Source: Dimorphilus gyrociliatus (lineage: Eukaryota > Animalia > Annelida). From it: a stretch of DNA of 64,000 bases. Below, piece by piece: positions 1 to 14,501 of the stretch. Position 1 is the stretch's first letter; every line of letters starts with the position of its first letter. The translations under genes were made by a program, and so were the position numbers. Under the pieces are notes generated by a model. It had not been told where the DNA came from. It did not search any database and saw only the letters and a program-made list of their open reading frames with translations. Where the stretch lies: the NCBI GenBank assembly GCA_904063045.1, contig CAJFCJ010000025.1, positions 992,001 to 1,056,000 of the forward strand. Direction: 5' to 3'.

Positions 1-800
1 TGTTCGAACAGAAATATACATTCCTCCCAATCAATGAGTATATTCTTATAACTTCTATCATCTTTTATAAAGTAATTAAAAAACAAAGAAAGACAGGAGA
101 GACAAATAAAAGGAAGAGAAGTAAAGAGAATAAAACTATTCTGTTATTATTGAGCTGATGATACTTATTATTATTACTATTATTGCTGTTATTATTACCA
201 ATGATGCACAAGGGTTTTTGACTTGGATTACTACTTAATAAGCGTTCGTTATCCGTTCTTTTTAGAATTACATGCTACTTTGAAGATAATAATGGTTTTA
301 TATTAACGAAAGTATGCCATGACGATACGTAATATATACGAAGGATTTACGTGACCTACTTTCACGCCTTACTTCTTTTCCCCAAGATTTTCATCCTCTT
401 TCCTATTTGTGCTTAATCTTTTGTCAAGTAAATTTCTCAAATCGTCACCCAAAGAAACTTTACGTTTTGACTATTCATTTATAGTTTTCTATTATTTATA
501 GAATATATTTCTTTCCATTACATAAATTACTTAATTCTCCCGATTCATTTCATAATAGCTAGTAACAACATGTGATTCATTCCTTCTTCAAATACCAATA
601 TAGTATAAAAAAAAAGATTCTAATGATTAATTATTTCGTTTTCCGAATGACCTAATTGCTGTTTCAATTCTAACGTCCGCTCTTTTCTGTACAAGATTAT
701 CGTATGCGTGAGAGACAGACTCGTGAGAAAGCTTCTGGATATATATTGTACATTATAGCAAAACATACATACATCTATAGATAGATACATAAATATACAG

Positions 801-804
<4 letters not shown>

Positions 805-841
<37 letters not shown>

Positions 842-923
842 GGCAGATAGTGACAAGAAAAGAGTGACGGAGAGACGCAAATAGACAGATAGACAGACAG
901 CAAAGCAGACATACAAAGAGACC

Positions 924-954
<31 letters not shown>
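805..954. repeat. (AC)n and (AG)n microsatellites
   Basis: (AC)n about 805-838 and (AG)n about 927-954, with (AGAC)-type repeats between. Confidence 0.95.
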
Positions 955-965
<11 letters not shown>

Positions 966-2462
966 GCTGTAGAGAGGTAGACTGTGACGCCAAACTGTTC
1001 GATAAAACCAACTTTGTATCCATCTATTTTGTTACTTTTATAGACAAATATTAAACCATCCATCCTGATTAGATTTTGGCTAAAAATTCCAAATTTCCAC
1101 CTCGCTTACTTTTACAACAGTAGCCAAATGCACTTTGTATATCGTTTAGAAGACTGAAATTGCCTTAAAACGAGGACATATTATTTATTCTTATATCGTC
1201 TCCAGCCTATTTCTGATCATTCAACGCGTCAAAAAGAGATCTATACGTACATATAAGCACACGTATAGATTTGTCTAACAGCGTTTATTTATTTGTATGT
1301 ATACTTCTGGTAACATTAATAATCACGTTACGTATTATTGGGTTATAGCTTTCAAAGGACACAGATGCTGTATAGTAGGTTGTAGTGATAAAACTGCCCT
1401 CTGTTGTCAAAATACAGAAACTTTTTACAAATTATGTTACGTCTTTTTCTCATTTATACAAGTTGTTTGACGACGAAAGAGAAGGAAAGAGAAAGAATAC
1501 TAAGGAATAGAAAATGATAAAAGTCATTTTTTATGAACAAGTTATTACAAGATAAAAACTTTATTAATATTAATACATTAAAGTATGAAAAGGGAAAAGA
1601 CTATCACTCTACTATTGTGCTATTGTACCATTTACTGTGTATAACATCATTTCATATGATATGCTATATGTTTAATTATGATAATAAGAAAAGTACTTTC
1701 TATCCTTTTACAAGTAGAAAATGTATTTATAGATATGCAAAAGGAATTTTTAACTATTTCCTTTTCATAAATATTCAATAGTTGGTACGTTAATAACGTA
1801 TCTTACAGTTATTTTAATCTTTACTTATATTTTCATATAGACGCCTTTGATGGTCATAGTATCTCTTGTCTATTTTCTCTCTTTTACAACATGCGCTCTA
1901 CCTATATCTTCTATGTAAAAAAAGGAAATATCCATAAAGATTTGTTTATCTTCGTATACACGAATGCAAACACACATTACAGTATATATTTATAGTTAGG
2001 TTCATACTCTTTAAATATGGCTCATAAATTTATTAGATGTTTATTACAAGTATTAAATATAGACAGTTCACCTCTAGGAGTTTTAAATGAACGAAAATGG
2101 AGCGGAAGGTCAAGCATTAGTTTGCAGAAAGATCACTTACCATACATAAAGATTAATATTTTTCGTTAAATGTCAACTTGCACGCTTGATTATATAACGT
2201 AATAATATTTAAATACTAACAATTACATTCTACCATTAGGGTTAATTAAGAAAAACGGAGATTATTTCTTAATTTTCGATATGCTAGCAGCTCTTTAGTC
2301 AAAGAGACTGTTGAAGTCGAATATTAAAAATCTACCAGTTTCTACACAAAACTTAACATTTAACTCGCACAGTCGTGTGCATAGGAAATGTAACTATGAA
2401 GAAATAAGATATTTCCAAGGCTTTCTGTAATGATGCAGACAGGAATAGGCTGAGAAATCGAG

Positions 2463-2466
<4 letters not shown>

Positions 2467-2496
<30 letters not shown>
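2467..2496. repeat. (AG)n microsatellite
   Basis: Uninterrupted agag tract. Confidence 0.95.
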
Positions 2497-2498
<2 letters not shown>

Positions 2499-4162
2499 AG
2501 GAGGAGGAAAGGCAAGAAAATTACCTTTTTCAGATTATTACGGGCCTTCTGGCATTCTCATTAAATGTTTAATATTTTGAGATTGGAAAAAATCGCTATA
2601 AAAAGAAAAAAGTAAGTATTACTTGCTACGGGACAAGATTGTAAATAAAAGTTAGAAGAGAGAATGACATTCTAAGATATGTCCAAAATACACATAGAAA
2701 ATGCCATTAATGATTTTTCTTATATGTATAAATAGTGCAGTTTATGTATACATTTATACGAGTAAAAACAAAATTATATATGCGCCATTGCTTTGTTCCG
2801 GAATTAAATATCGAGTCTAAACGATTGAAAACGACTAACAACGACATCGATCAAGTAGAAAAGGGAAACAAGTAAAGACAAATAATAATTCAAGACTTAA
2901 ACTAATGAAATATTAAATTAGATAGGCAAAATTACCAAAGTTAGCTGTATCTAATTAGTATTAATGCTCTAATTAGTGTTTGCATCTCCCTGTCTCTGTC
3001 TTTCTCACTTTCATTCTCACTCCTTCTGCCCAAGACTCGAAAATATTATTATTATACTACTGTATATATATATATATATATATTAGTATTATGTATACTG
3101 CATATTCAGTATATGCAGAACAGGGTTATACAGAATATATTGCATTGTCACACTGCAAGATCGTTTTAAAACACCTTTAAAGAGATAACACTATGAATAC
3201 AAAATGTATACATATCGTCTTTTATACCCGATTAACAATAATATCGATGACAGTTTCTTCACATGCTGTTTCCATGACTATCACCTAAATTGATCTTATC
3301 AAGCAAAAAAAAAACTCTATACACTATTCCAAGTCGGAAATCGCGTTATTGATTATCTCATGATAAGGTTAACTTAACCATGATACTCGTTCAACTATTT
3401 TGTACACAAAACTAAAAAATTACTGTAATTACTATTAGCACTTTCCAATTTTTAATTGGCTAATTATTAATGATCTTAACACGCTTTATTACCACTGGTA
3501 TCCCCTGATTCTTCGACCAGCCTCCCACCCATGAATTATCCCCCTTTATGTTCCTGTCTCTCTGTTTCTCTGTTTCACTTTCTCTTTCTCTCTCTCTCTC
3601 TCTCTCGATATTTGTACAATATTGCTATAATACCCCATACGTATTTTTTTCCTTGTATTTACCGTACTATTTTTGCCAGTCCTGTCTCTCTTACACCTAG
3701 CTTCTCTATTACATGGACAGGTATCCTTTAACATAATTAATATTTGTAAAGCAGCTGGTTTAGAAAGCATTCAGAGGAATGTAATAAAAGGCAACTTAAC
3801 GACACCTTGGAGTGATTATAAATTAAAACCGACAAATTTACAAAACGCTTTAATAGATATGCAACAAGTTTTAAACGAGATTCGTTCCTAATGTCACTCT
3901 TTACGTTTACTTTTTCTTTACAGTTATTTCGCTTTAATTACATTTGCAGATCACTTAAAATTTTCTCGCCGGCCCTCCGGATATAGTTAATACTTAAAGA
4001 TTTTCTTGATTTATTAAGACTCTTTTAAGCGAAGGAATCCACTAGGCATCCAAAAAAACATGATGATTTAACAGAAATTTTCCCTTTAAGAATTCAATAA
4101 TCTATGAATTTTTTCTAATTATTTACAATAAGTTAAGGATTTCACTGTAAGAAGAAGGTTAA

Positions 4163-4165
<3 letters not shown>

Positions 4166-4196
<31 letters not shown>

Positions 4197-4217
4197 TATA
4201 TATATATATATATATAT
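4166..4217. repeat. (TA)n microsatellite interrupted by CAG
   Basis: tatata...atacagtatatata... Confidence 0.95.
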
Positions 4218-7200
4218 TTTTATGTAAATGTCAATTGATTTTTTCCAACTACATCTTGCTAACAGATCCAACAGCATTTTTACAGTTTTCCCACTATATT
4301 GCTGTGCCGCCAAAAGAACAAAGAGACCTTTGAAAAGTCATTTATACGGCACGACATTTTCATGACCGAGTAATAGAAGTAGACTTTTACCATAATGTCT
4401 GTGCCTTCAACCATACATAAAAAAGGCCTATGTTTACCCTTAATTTAGTCATTTGTGTTAATACATACATATATATATAAATTTCTATATATACATCTGT
4501 ACAGAGGTGACGCCTTATACAACTGTTAAAGTCTTTGAAACTACATAACATGTGTAATCAGTAGATCAACGTAGACTTCCACTTCTAAATATACATCTAT
4601 AGATGTATTTATCTACTATATACGTAAGATTCATCAATAAGTACATATACTGGATTTATGTATAAATATATACATAACCTACAAGGCATATTTAAGAGAA
4701 AGACTGGTTATAGAAATGAAAATAGTTTGAACCGGCATCCCCCACTATCATCATCTAAAGAAATTAATAAAACAACCCCTATAGATTATTTTATAAATGA
4801 AAGAAAACTGAAATGAAAATGAAAAAGCCCAGACTGCAATCAATAGTTATAATGCATTAAATAAATCGGTTGGAACCATCGAGCATAGATGAAAAGAAGG
4901 GAATATCATATTGACCCTAATTTCTACTATGTAAACATAATAATCAGATTTATTAAAAAAAAATAAATAAAATAAAAATAAAGGAGCTTCCAATTACAAT
5001 ATCCTAAAAGCTCCAACAGATTTATATAGGCTTTAAATTGAAGGTTAAGGATTATGTTAAAGCTTGAAACGCTTAATTGTATATCTTAAGGCCTGGCTTC
5101 CTTCACTTTAAAGATTACGTTTAAACCAACTTTCTTCATCTCTGGGATTTTGATTAGAAAATTAATTATAGGTAGTTTCGGAAATTAAGACAACAAATAA
5201 AGAATTTACAACGCTGAATAAATAGACTTAATTTCACTACAACATTTTTCTATTATTCATAAAGAATTAAGAAACCATTTAAATAGAATTTTATATATAT
5301 ATATATATATATATACTGTATATATATTAGTATATTTATACATTTAAATACATATATAATGGGAATAATAAGTGAGAGCAAAAGAAAAAAAGACATATAG
5401 ATAGATTAAGTGGTAATTAAATAAAAGTCCAAGGTCAGTGAACTATATATATATATATATATATGTATTAGGATATATTACATATACAGCATACTGTATA
5501 TATATATATATACTGTATATTAATATATTATACATATACAGCAAAGTTATGTTGTAATTTAATGGAAAACCCTACGTTTCTTTCATTTTTTTGTTGCCAG
5601 AGATTTACTAGATCCCTCTAAAAAATCCCATTCTCTCATTAAAAGATTTATGTTTCCAAATGTGTTTTCTCCAATTGCATATGCTCTCATTCTTTACGTC
5701 ATTCTTCAAGCTCTCTCTCTCTCTCTCTCTCTGCCTTTTCTCTTTTCTCTCTTTTATATAGCCAGCCATCATTTATTGTTTTATCTCTTACAAATTTTTA
5801 CTATCAGCTATAAATTTACCCATCTAAACAAAATATATTGGCATGGACATAAAGAAAACAACTGCTCATTAATTGTTCAGTCAACCCTAGAGAAGGTTTA
5901 TAATTTGAGGCTCTGCCATATTTTCCTCTATAAATGTCTACATCAAACACTTTTAATTAGACGTAATGGACTTGAAGGAAATTGTGAAGAGAATCAATCA
6001 AAAGTATACTCTGTACAGTGGAAATATTAGCAGAAATAAAAGTTCATTTATTATTGTTGTTTGTTCTCAAGGAAATCTTTATCCAAACGAAATACGGAGC
6101 TGTCATTCGAGTTTCTTTAGAAATATTAAATTACGAATAAGAAGGCATTGCCAGGCATTCCCGCCTCTTTTTATAAACATAGCGTGTGGAAAGGCTTAAC
6201 AAGAGAGAAAGAGGGAAAGAGGTAGAGAGAGCGAGAGAGAGAGAGAGAGAAGGGGAAGGGGGATAGAAGAGGAAAGAGTGCGAAGGAGAAAGGTATTGTG
6301 AGAAGCTGAAGTGTGAGAAAAAGACCCTACTTTAATTAGTAATAGAGAAAGAGAGAGAGAGAGGATAAATTAGTAGTAGAGATAGCAAATATTTCCTGCC
6401 TATGATACTATTATTGCGTTATCCGCAGGATTATATTAAGAAGATCTTTATAAATTCTATACGTTTTACCATATGAAATACTTTTACGAAGGGGTTATAC
6501 GAATCATTCTCTCTCTAATCGACAAACTAAAAAAAAATGAAAAGGCCAAACAATACGCCAAAGCCATAAAATATTGAGTAGACTAATTTTTGCATAGCTA
6601 ATTTGTTATTCATGGCCTTGTGTGCCTTGAATACAGACACACTGTTTCATTATTATTTAAGTATATTAATAAGTATACGCAAAAGCTCATCTTTATCTTT
6701 AAAAAACTTTCTCTTTATCTTTTTGTTCTCTGTACTTGTTCCCTTTCGTTTCGTCTATTCAGTTCTTTATTCTAATGCCTTTAATTCATTCTTTAATTTT
6801 TTTTTCTCTGTCACTCTTTTAGCTTATTACCTTAATCATTTTCGCTCTTTTTCATCTAATTTTCTTCCTTTTTCATCAGAGTTTTATTTACTTTTTTTAT
6901 CGACTTGAACAACGTCAATATTTACAAAAAGTCAACAGTTAAAGTTAATTGGATTTTAGCTCGATTGAACGCTTTTCCGACTCTTTTTTTTTTTTTCTTT
7001 TTTTTTCCTTCAACATTTGTTTTCTTTCTCTCGATTGGCCCATTGTTTAAGATGAAGTAGGTGGCTTAGGCTATTGAATAGACAGATGGCTAGAGTGGTA
7101 AAAAAAAAAGTGGCTAAAAAAAAAGTAAAGAAAACAACCGAAAGACGTGTAACTAAGTAAAAAGCGAGGAAATGAAATTAGGGGAATTTTCGAATATATC

Positions 7201-8425
7201 GATCTCTAACAACAGAATAACTTCCATAGATCCTGCCAAATCTACAAACCAATTTCCGTTCTCACTAGAAATAAAACTTGATTCTCGTGGACGTGAAGAG
7301 CCCCATAACGACGTGGTACAAAGGCGTTACTTTTCTCTTATTTTCCCAACTGTTCAATTATAACAATATAAGTTGTTTAGCATGAAAAACTTCTACTGAG
7401 TGGTTTTTCCGACTTTTTCATCTTTCTTAACGAAATATTTCAGTTGGTTAAAAACTAAAATGACGGCCGCTAAACTTGAAACCTGAATATTTACTAAGCA
7501 AGCAAACGTTTGAGGCGAAAAATGAATTATTTGCAGTCTACTCCATCCGCCTACTACTGTTTGTATAATGGATTTTAGTCGAATTGGACAATCTGCGTAA
7601 TTTGTTTATTAAATTATAGACATTTTACCGGGAAGAAAGGAAATGCTCGTAAAAGACGTAATTTATAGAGTGAGAAAATTGACGTAATTCCTACCGTACA
7701 TTTATTATCCAACACTTGAAGTATCCGAATAGAAAAAGAGACATAAAGAAAGAGAATAAAATATGACAAAATAAGCCTAAACAAACATTAAAATTTGTCA
7801 ACAGAAACAGAAAAAAAACACGTCGTCAACAGAAAGATTTTCTGTCATTTGCACCAGCCCCAAGCTTTATTATATAAACATTACAAACTGCATAAGATAC
7901 TGTTTATATACAACAATAATAAGTCATAACGATATAATAGCACTCATAAAACAGTTGTATACTTTCGCATTTATTCAGGATTATATACAGAATTCTGTAT
8001 AGAGAAGAGAAAAATATTCCTCCTTCTCTTTACTCCGGGGAACAGTCATTACAATAGACAAAAAAATCATAAGCAATTAACGACTATAGCCGTATAAGAA
8101 AGCCTTAAAAAGTCCTAAAAACGAAAAAATAGCTTTGTCAACTTTATATCAATCGATAGTTTATTCTTGGTTTTTACTCTAAATAACAAAGTCAGTTGTA
8201 TATCTTAGCATGGTCAGTAAATAGACGATGCATCTCGATTGTCTTTAAAAGACGTTGCAAGCAATTAAATAAACGGAACCATCAGGATTCGGCTGCAGTC
8301 TGCTGAGGATTATGGAGCAGGATAAAAAATCTATAAATAATGGTGCGAGACTACAAAAACGAGAGTAATTCTATGTCGAAATCTTAGCAGATCTCATATA
8401 GAACATTGACTGCCAAAAAAGAAAT

Positions 8426-8428
<3 letters not shown>

Positions 8429-8470
<42 letters not shown>
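8429..8470. repeat. (GA)n microsatellite
   Basis: Uninterrupted gaga tract of about 42 nt. Confidence 0.95.
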
Positions 8471-8472
<2 letters not shown>

Positions 8473-10436
8473 CTGAAGGGGAGAAAAGAACAAGAGAAGA
8501 GGTGAACAGGGTGAAAGTAGGAAAAAAATGGTGGAGACAGAAAGACATAGAGGAAAGAGAGAGAGAGATGATTACATAAGTAACCTGCGAAATATATAAA
8601 ATACATATAGTATAGATCATTATTATTATTGATTGATCAAGTTGCAAGAGTTGGTGAATAGTACTAAAAATCAAATGCTTAATTATCGCCTATTTGAGGT
8701 TCATTCAAAGGAATCTTTTGAAAATTTTCTTTTATTTTATTTTATTTCATATTCAAATCTAATTTGTTTTTACAGCCGTTTCTTTTTTAACCTCTTCGAC
8801 GCTTTCACTTCTCTCCTACCCACCATTCCACCATCTCCACATCTCCCCTTCTTCTTCTTCTCTTTTCCTCTTTTCCCAAAACTCATTCTTATTAGCCGCC
8901 TTGTGATCAAAGAGCAAGCTTATAAATCAAAAGTCCACTATGCTCTTATAATCTCTATTCCAACTGTCCAAGCATGCGTAATATTTCATAATAAGCTATA
9001 AACAGTACTTACTTCTTTCATATACTTTCTTATTTTGCCTATTACATATTGGAAATATAAAGAGTCTTTATAAGCATACAATTTTATAGTATGCGTACTT
9101 AGCACGTGCAAGATTGTACATGCTGTATATCTATGCGTGTAATACATTATACAGTATAATCATCCAACGCCATTTATATTCATTTATTGAGAAATTTATT
9201 GAAATATCTAGGCACGCTCTTTGCAGAATTTAAGAGCGCGCACTCTTAAATTTATGAATATGACTAAATACATTACAGTATATACAGTATAAAACGATAT
9301 ATCGTATATTCTTTATAATATATATAGAATAAATTCTATTATACTCGGTATGTAAGTTATATAATTCAAGTGTTAATTATTTAAAAGCTTCCCTTGTCGT
9401 TTGATGAATGTTTCCAGCTAATTAGAAAGTTGCATGCCAGCAAGAATGAAATTAATTCCAACTTATACATTTGATTTATTAACAAGTTTTCATATTTTTC
9501 TTTCGTTTTTGTTAAACCCTCTGTCGTAAGTTGGAAAATATCCATCTTTAGTTTCTTCGTCTTTCTCTTCTTCTTATCGTTTATTAATATCATTATTATT
9601 ATTTCTTATTCATTATCTTTTAATCTTTATGCTCAAAATCTCTCTAAGTAACGAGATTAAGAAGACTTTTTAAAATAATTACTAGTCAAACAATAAAGAA
9701 AAAGATAAAGGAAATAAGAAAAAAATAAAAAGAAACATAGCATTAAAGAGGGGAACGAAGGGAAAGAATGTAGGATAAGAAAGATGACGACGATGATTAG
9801 AATAATATAGTTGGATTTTCTCAATATGAAAAGAGAATATCAATCGAAAAAAATGATGTAAAAGAGGGCATTTGATGTGAAACTTTGAGTCTGAATTTGA
9901 TGTATGATTTTACGCCTTCTAGATCTTAGGCAAAGTTCTTTTCCAGTATGTGGGCAGCAATTTTTTTCAATAGGCCTATATCTTTATCAATTTTTGTTGT
10001 CGGATTGCCAATCGATCCTATATATATATATATTTATATATATTTGGTTGGGGCGTAAAGGATAGAATAAAGAAAATAAGTGGAAGGGAGAATAAAAAGG
10101 ACAATAACTGGATTACGAGCAGTTGGAAATGGATTGTTCTTTATGTTAAAAAGAAAAGAAAATATCCTTTTTTATAGCTACTTTCTTTTATTCAAAAAAA
10201 ACTAATGAAAGAATCGAAACAATGAAAACTATAAAGGAAAAATGTGTGACAGAGGGAGCTAATCAGAATCGTTACGGATGCTTGATGAAGCGGTTAATGT
10301 TTATTAGAGTGTTAACTTAACCCTTTATCTACAAATTAGTTTTCTTTTTCTAATAGGCTAAGCTAAAAAGTTATTATCTACTATTGAAGAATAAGGAGTA
10401 AAGAAATGGTGTAAAGCAACCAGCAGGAATAAAAAG

Positions 10437-10446
<10 letters not shown>

Positions 10447-10489
<43 letters not shown>

Positions 10490-10502
10490 GTGTGTGTGTG
10501 TG
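10447..10502. repeat. (AG)n/(TG)n compound microsatellite
   Basis: agagag...gtgtgtg tract. Confidence 0.9.
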
Positions 10503-12218
10503 GGTGAATGAATAAAAAACAAAAAAAGAGGAAAAGAAGAGAAAAAACCTTTGATAAGAGTGTTTTCTTTTTAAGTAGGGAAAGAAGAAAAATATTAAGT
10601 AAATTAATAAACAATTGGTTTCTTTTTCAAGATAGTTTCGTGCCAGTTAGCAATCCGTCTTAGTCGGCCACAAAACAAATGACATATATGGCGTCCTATA
10701 ATACATTGAATAGGGTAAGGAAGTAAACAAATTGGCGTCTATTTCCTCAATTTGCTATAATTAATACTAAAAGCAGTTAGGTTATTTGCTTAGGATTTCG
10801 CGTGTGCAAACTATTCAAGTATTAATGAATGACGTGAACATATTTCCATATATAGAAGGTAGCGCTATTGTCCGATTGTGTGTCTACGAGAAATTATTAC
10901 AAAGAGATATTTTGTTAAAAGTGATGATATTAAGAAATTTCTTTATGCTTCGTTTGCCTCTTCGAATAATGAAATACTAAATGGAAAGTGACGCTTCAGT
11001 TGGGCGTCTCTTTTACGGTCAAGTGATTAGTTTCAGGTCTGCGAAGGGATAGAACGATATTTACTATTGTAGGTCTGATTTCACCTATTAACCGCTAAGT
11101 TCATCGGTTGATGGATGTAGTTTGCCGGTCTGACCAGGCGTTTTTTATCCCTTTCATCCAGCGGTATGACGAATAACCTATTAAATTATAGACTTCCGTT
11201 CAGAGTAGACAGCTTTTTAGATGAGCTAAACGCTCTTACAGCGTATCTTGTTTCTGTAAAATCCTCTAATCTTTTGCTATTTCAGCTGCAAACCAAATCA
11301 AATTACTGATTAGTAAATAAAAAAGCTATCAAGTCGGACGAATTTTATAATTGTATTAGTTTGGTTTTCTCTCTCGCCTAAAACACGTAGAGAGGAAGGC
11401 AAGGAGGAATGGAGAGAGAGAGAAAGTCAGACAGAGACAGAAACAAAGGAAGAGGGGGAGTAAAAGAGACAGAGAGCGATGTAGACTGTAAATTATTAAT
11501 ACATACAGTCCAGCATAGTATACGTTATACAGTATATATTTAGCATATTAGATAAGGCAATATATATGGAATATAGCTGTATATTTATGATTATTTCGAT
11601 TAATGTCTAAGCCATCATTGTAATTGTACTTTTTAAAAATAATATAAATACTGTACCACACTTGCAAAATGCATTTACTATATTTACTATACGTAGACGA
11701 TTTTCTTTGAGAGAAGCCCAAAAACGATTTCTGCTCTCGACCTTTTTTTTTCTATTCCGTCATTAGTTCAACGATAAACGGCACTCGTTCGTTTTTGTGT
11801 TCATTGTCAATCTACGCCTAGAGTGTTCTATTTAGACAGTTGTCGAAAAGTCATAGGACCACTTGTAATTTTCTTCACCTAATCGACGAATGATTAAAGA
11901 GCCTTTTTCTAAGTGGACAATTACGAACAAGGCTATTATAATTGAGCCTACTTTTCGACCAACTTTATGAATAATCATCCAATCTCTAATATAAGAATTT
12001 AATGCTCCATCGCCATTACTATCATTATCAACTCAAACCAAAAGGCTTCAGTCTTTTAAGTTATTAGTTACAAACGCCTATAAATGCTCATTATCCTATA
12101 TTTAAATGAGCCATCTAAAAGCACGAACAAGAAATATAAAATGTCCCTTGTTACAGGTTCGCCGACTCGACGTGACTATAAAAAGCTTGCAAGAGCAACT
12201 AAGAGCAGCAAAAAGCTG

Positions 12219-12255
<37 letters not shown>

Positions 12256-14257
12256 TGATACTATTACTACAAAACTAGTTATTAGCATCAACGTAACAGA
12301 TAGAAGAATATGTAAGCCCTATATACTGTATATTTCGTATACTGTATATAAATATATACATAAAAGAGATAGACAAGAACTATATAAAGCAAATATCTAT
12401 ACACATCTAATGGATAAAAAAGTACCATATATATAAATATATACAGTATATACAGTATATACTGTATATATCCATAAATATTTATATATACATATATATG
12501 TATATATATATTTATCTACATTTAATGTGTGCTATTTGTTTATTCTAATTGATCTGTTCCGTCATCGTATCTGTATTTCTTGGCAGATCAAAGAATAAAT
12601 AAATACGCTATACCTTAATGTATATATTGGCGTAATTCAAGTCGGTAGAATCATTATGTCTTTGATCCCGTATAGAACTTATCTGCAAGATTTATATTGA
12701 TACTATGGAAGAGTTTATTTCTGATATCTATTTTTATGCATAAACTATACATTTGTGTAAATCAGTCAATTAGGTAGAAAAAGAGAGAGTGAGAGAGAGA
12801 GAAAAAGGGAGGGGGAGGGAGGGAGAGAAAAAGATAAAAGAGAAAAAAAAAGAAAAAAGATGAAAGGAAATTCTGTGGGTTACATACAAGTGAAAGAATG
12901 AAAAAATGGTAATTGCCAAGGTGAATTTAATAATTGTTCAACCAGATATGCCATAGAAAAGAAGCGTATAATGGACTGAAAATTAAGTAGATCTTTAGGC
13001 TTTTATCACTGCTCTTAGACTATTATTGGCAAAGGTCATTGAATAATAAAATAATAAAAGAGAAGTGAACAATAGAGTTTGGGATGGAATCAAAGAGAAT
13101 GCTGAATAGAATCGATTCGATTATTGGGTTAAGTTGTGCTGTAAAGGTAGAAAACAGTTGATACATTCACCGAGTTATGGATCTTGTGTATTCTATGCGG
13201 TAAGCATAAAAGGAAAGGCGATAAGATCGATTAGTAACAATAAATAGGTGTTTATTTATATTTATATACAATATTCTGTCTCTTTTGATGAACTTTATAG
13301 AGAGACTACAAAAATGCTATTCTTTCTTTCTATAAAACCAACTGACACGAGTCTGGTTCGAATTTCCATATATATTTTTAATACAAAGTCTCATTTCTGT
13401 TTAATCTCGTATAAAACTAAAGATTTAAGCTTAGTTTCTTAATTGTTAATTGATGAAAAGATTGGGAAATACGCAAGTAAAACTGTTAATACCATCGGTT
13501 TAACTTATCATTAAAAAGTTTAATTTAATTAACCTCTATGGATTTACCTATTGATCTTCTTCTTTTATTAATAATCGATAGCAGTTGAGTTTGCTTGTAT
13601 TTATTGTTTGTTTTGTTTGTTTGTTTGTTTTTGGTTGGAAAATATGTAAAGGGAAAAAGGAAGGAGTAGAGGAGTATAAGGAAGAGAAACAAGCCATGTA
13701 TTAAATGTTATATACTGTATATTGTATATTGTCATTGCTTATTTAGAACAATTTTAAACGTAGTTATTAATTATTTATCGTATTTTGTTATTCTCTAAAC
13801 TTTATAATTTCCAATAATCTTCTTTTCTTTAAAAGAGAAATACGTAGGTTGCAATTTCTATTCAGCTTCTAAACCGATCTCAGTCAGAACCGGAACTAGT
13901 TTCCCATTTCTATTTTAAACTATGATATTCTACTACTTGAAAATACCTTTCTCCTATTTACCTTCTTTCTTCTTTCTCTCTTTCTTTCTCTCTCTCTCTC
14001 TTTCCCTCTCTCTCATCTTTACTTTATTAATTTTAAATTTTGAACCGGCTAAAAGAAAATTCAGAAACTGGATTATGTCTCTAATCTTAGCTGTTTACGC
14101 TCTTCCTTGTTCAATTATTCACTTTAAAGAAAAGATAAAGCTTGTAATTTTACTTTAATTAATTCTAATTGAAAGCGAATAAGAATGCTTCTCCTATCCT
14201 ACCGGAGAGAAATTGCTGGCTCTTACCAAATTTAAATAATTTACATAATTATAAGAC

Positions 14258-14501
14258 CACCGCCCACGACCAAATTAATCCAAACCACAGTCGATTCTCA
14301 TTCAAAAGCCGACAATCAATTCCGTTACATTGAGAGAGTTTGTCAATAATCAAGCGTCTCCATATTTAATGAAATCGCGTAGATTCGTCGCCAACTAACT
14401 CACGAAAGAATTCAACATTTACTTTTTAACAATATTAAAAACATTGATACCTGATATTTTAACAATTACTTAGTTTAAATATCATTTTGCTCTTTACCAA
14501 G
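14258..14501 (+). promoter_or_regulatory. Putative promoter and first non-coding exon of the CC2D1/Lgd gene
   Basis: GC-box-like CCGCCC near 14260 in a locally CpG-richer stretch, followed by a consensus donor AAG|gtaagt at 14501/14502. A further candidate 5'UTR exon lies at 15613-15677 (ttcctttgtag|...ACG|gtatga). Assignment to this gene is inference. Confidence 0.4.

Noticed and set aside
620-1063. Minus-strand 147-aa ORF and similar LSLSLS/CVCVCV/IYIYIY ORFs across 1-16 kb and 38-41 kb
   Set aside because: Translations of (AG)n, (CA)n and (AT)n microsatellites with no domain content.
1373-1384. agtaggttgta, resembling part of let-7
   Set aside because: Only an 11-nt match, lacking the TGAGGT 5' end/seed and with no complementary star arm.
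11041-11164. Possible structured RNA (aagggata..tatccctt arms with short internal stems)
   Set aside because: Stems are short and imperfect, with no tRNA, snoRNA or miRNA hallmarks that I could confirm; it would need an Infernal/Rfam search.
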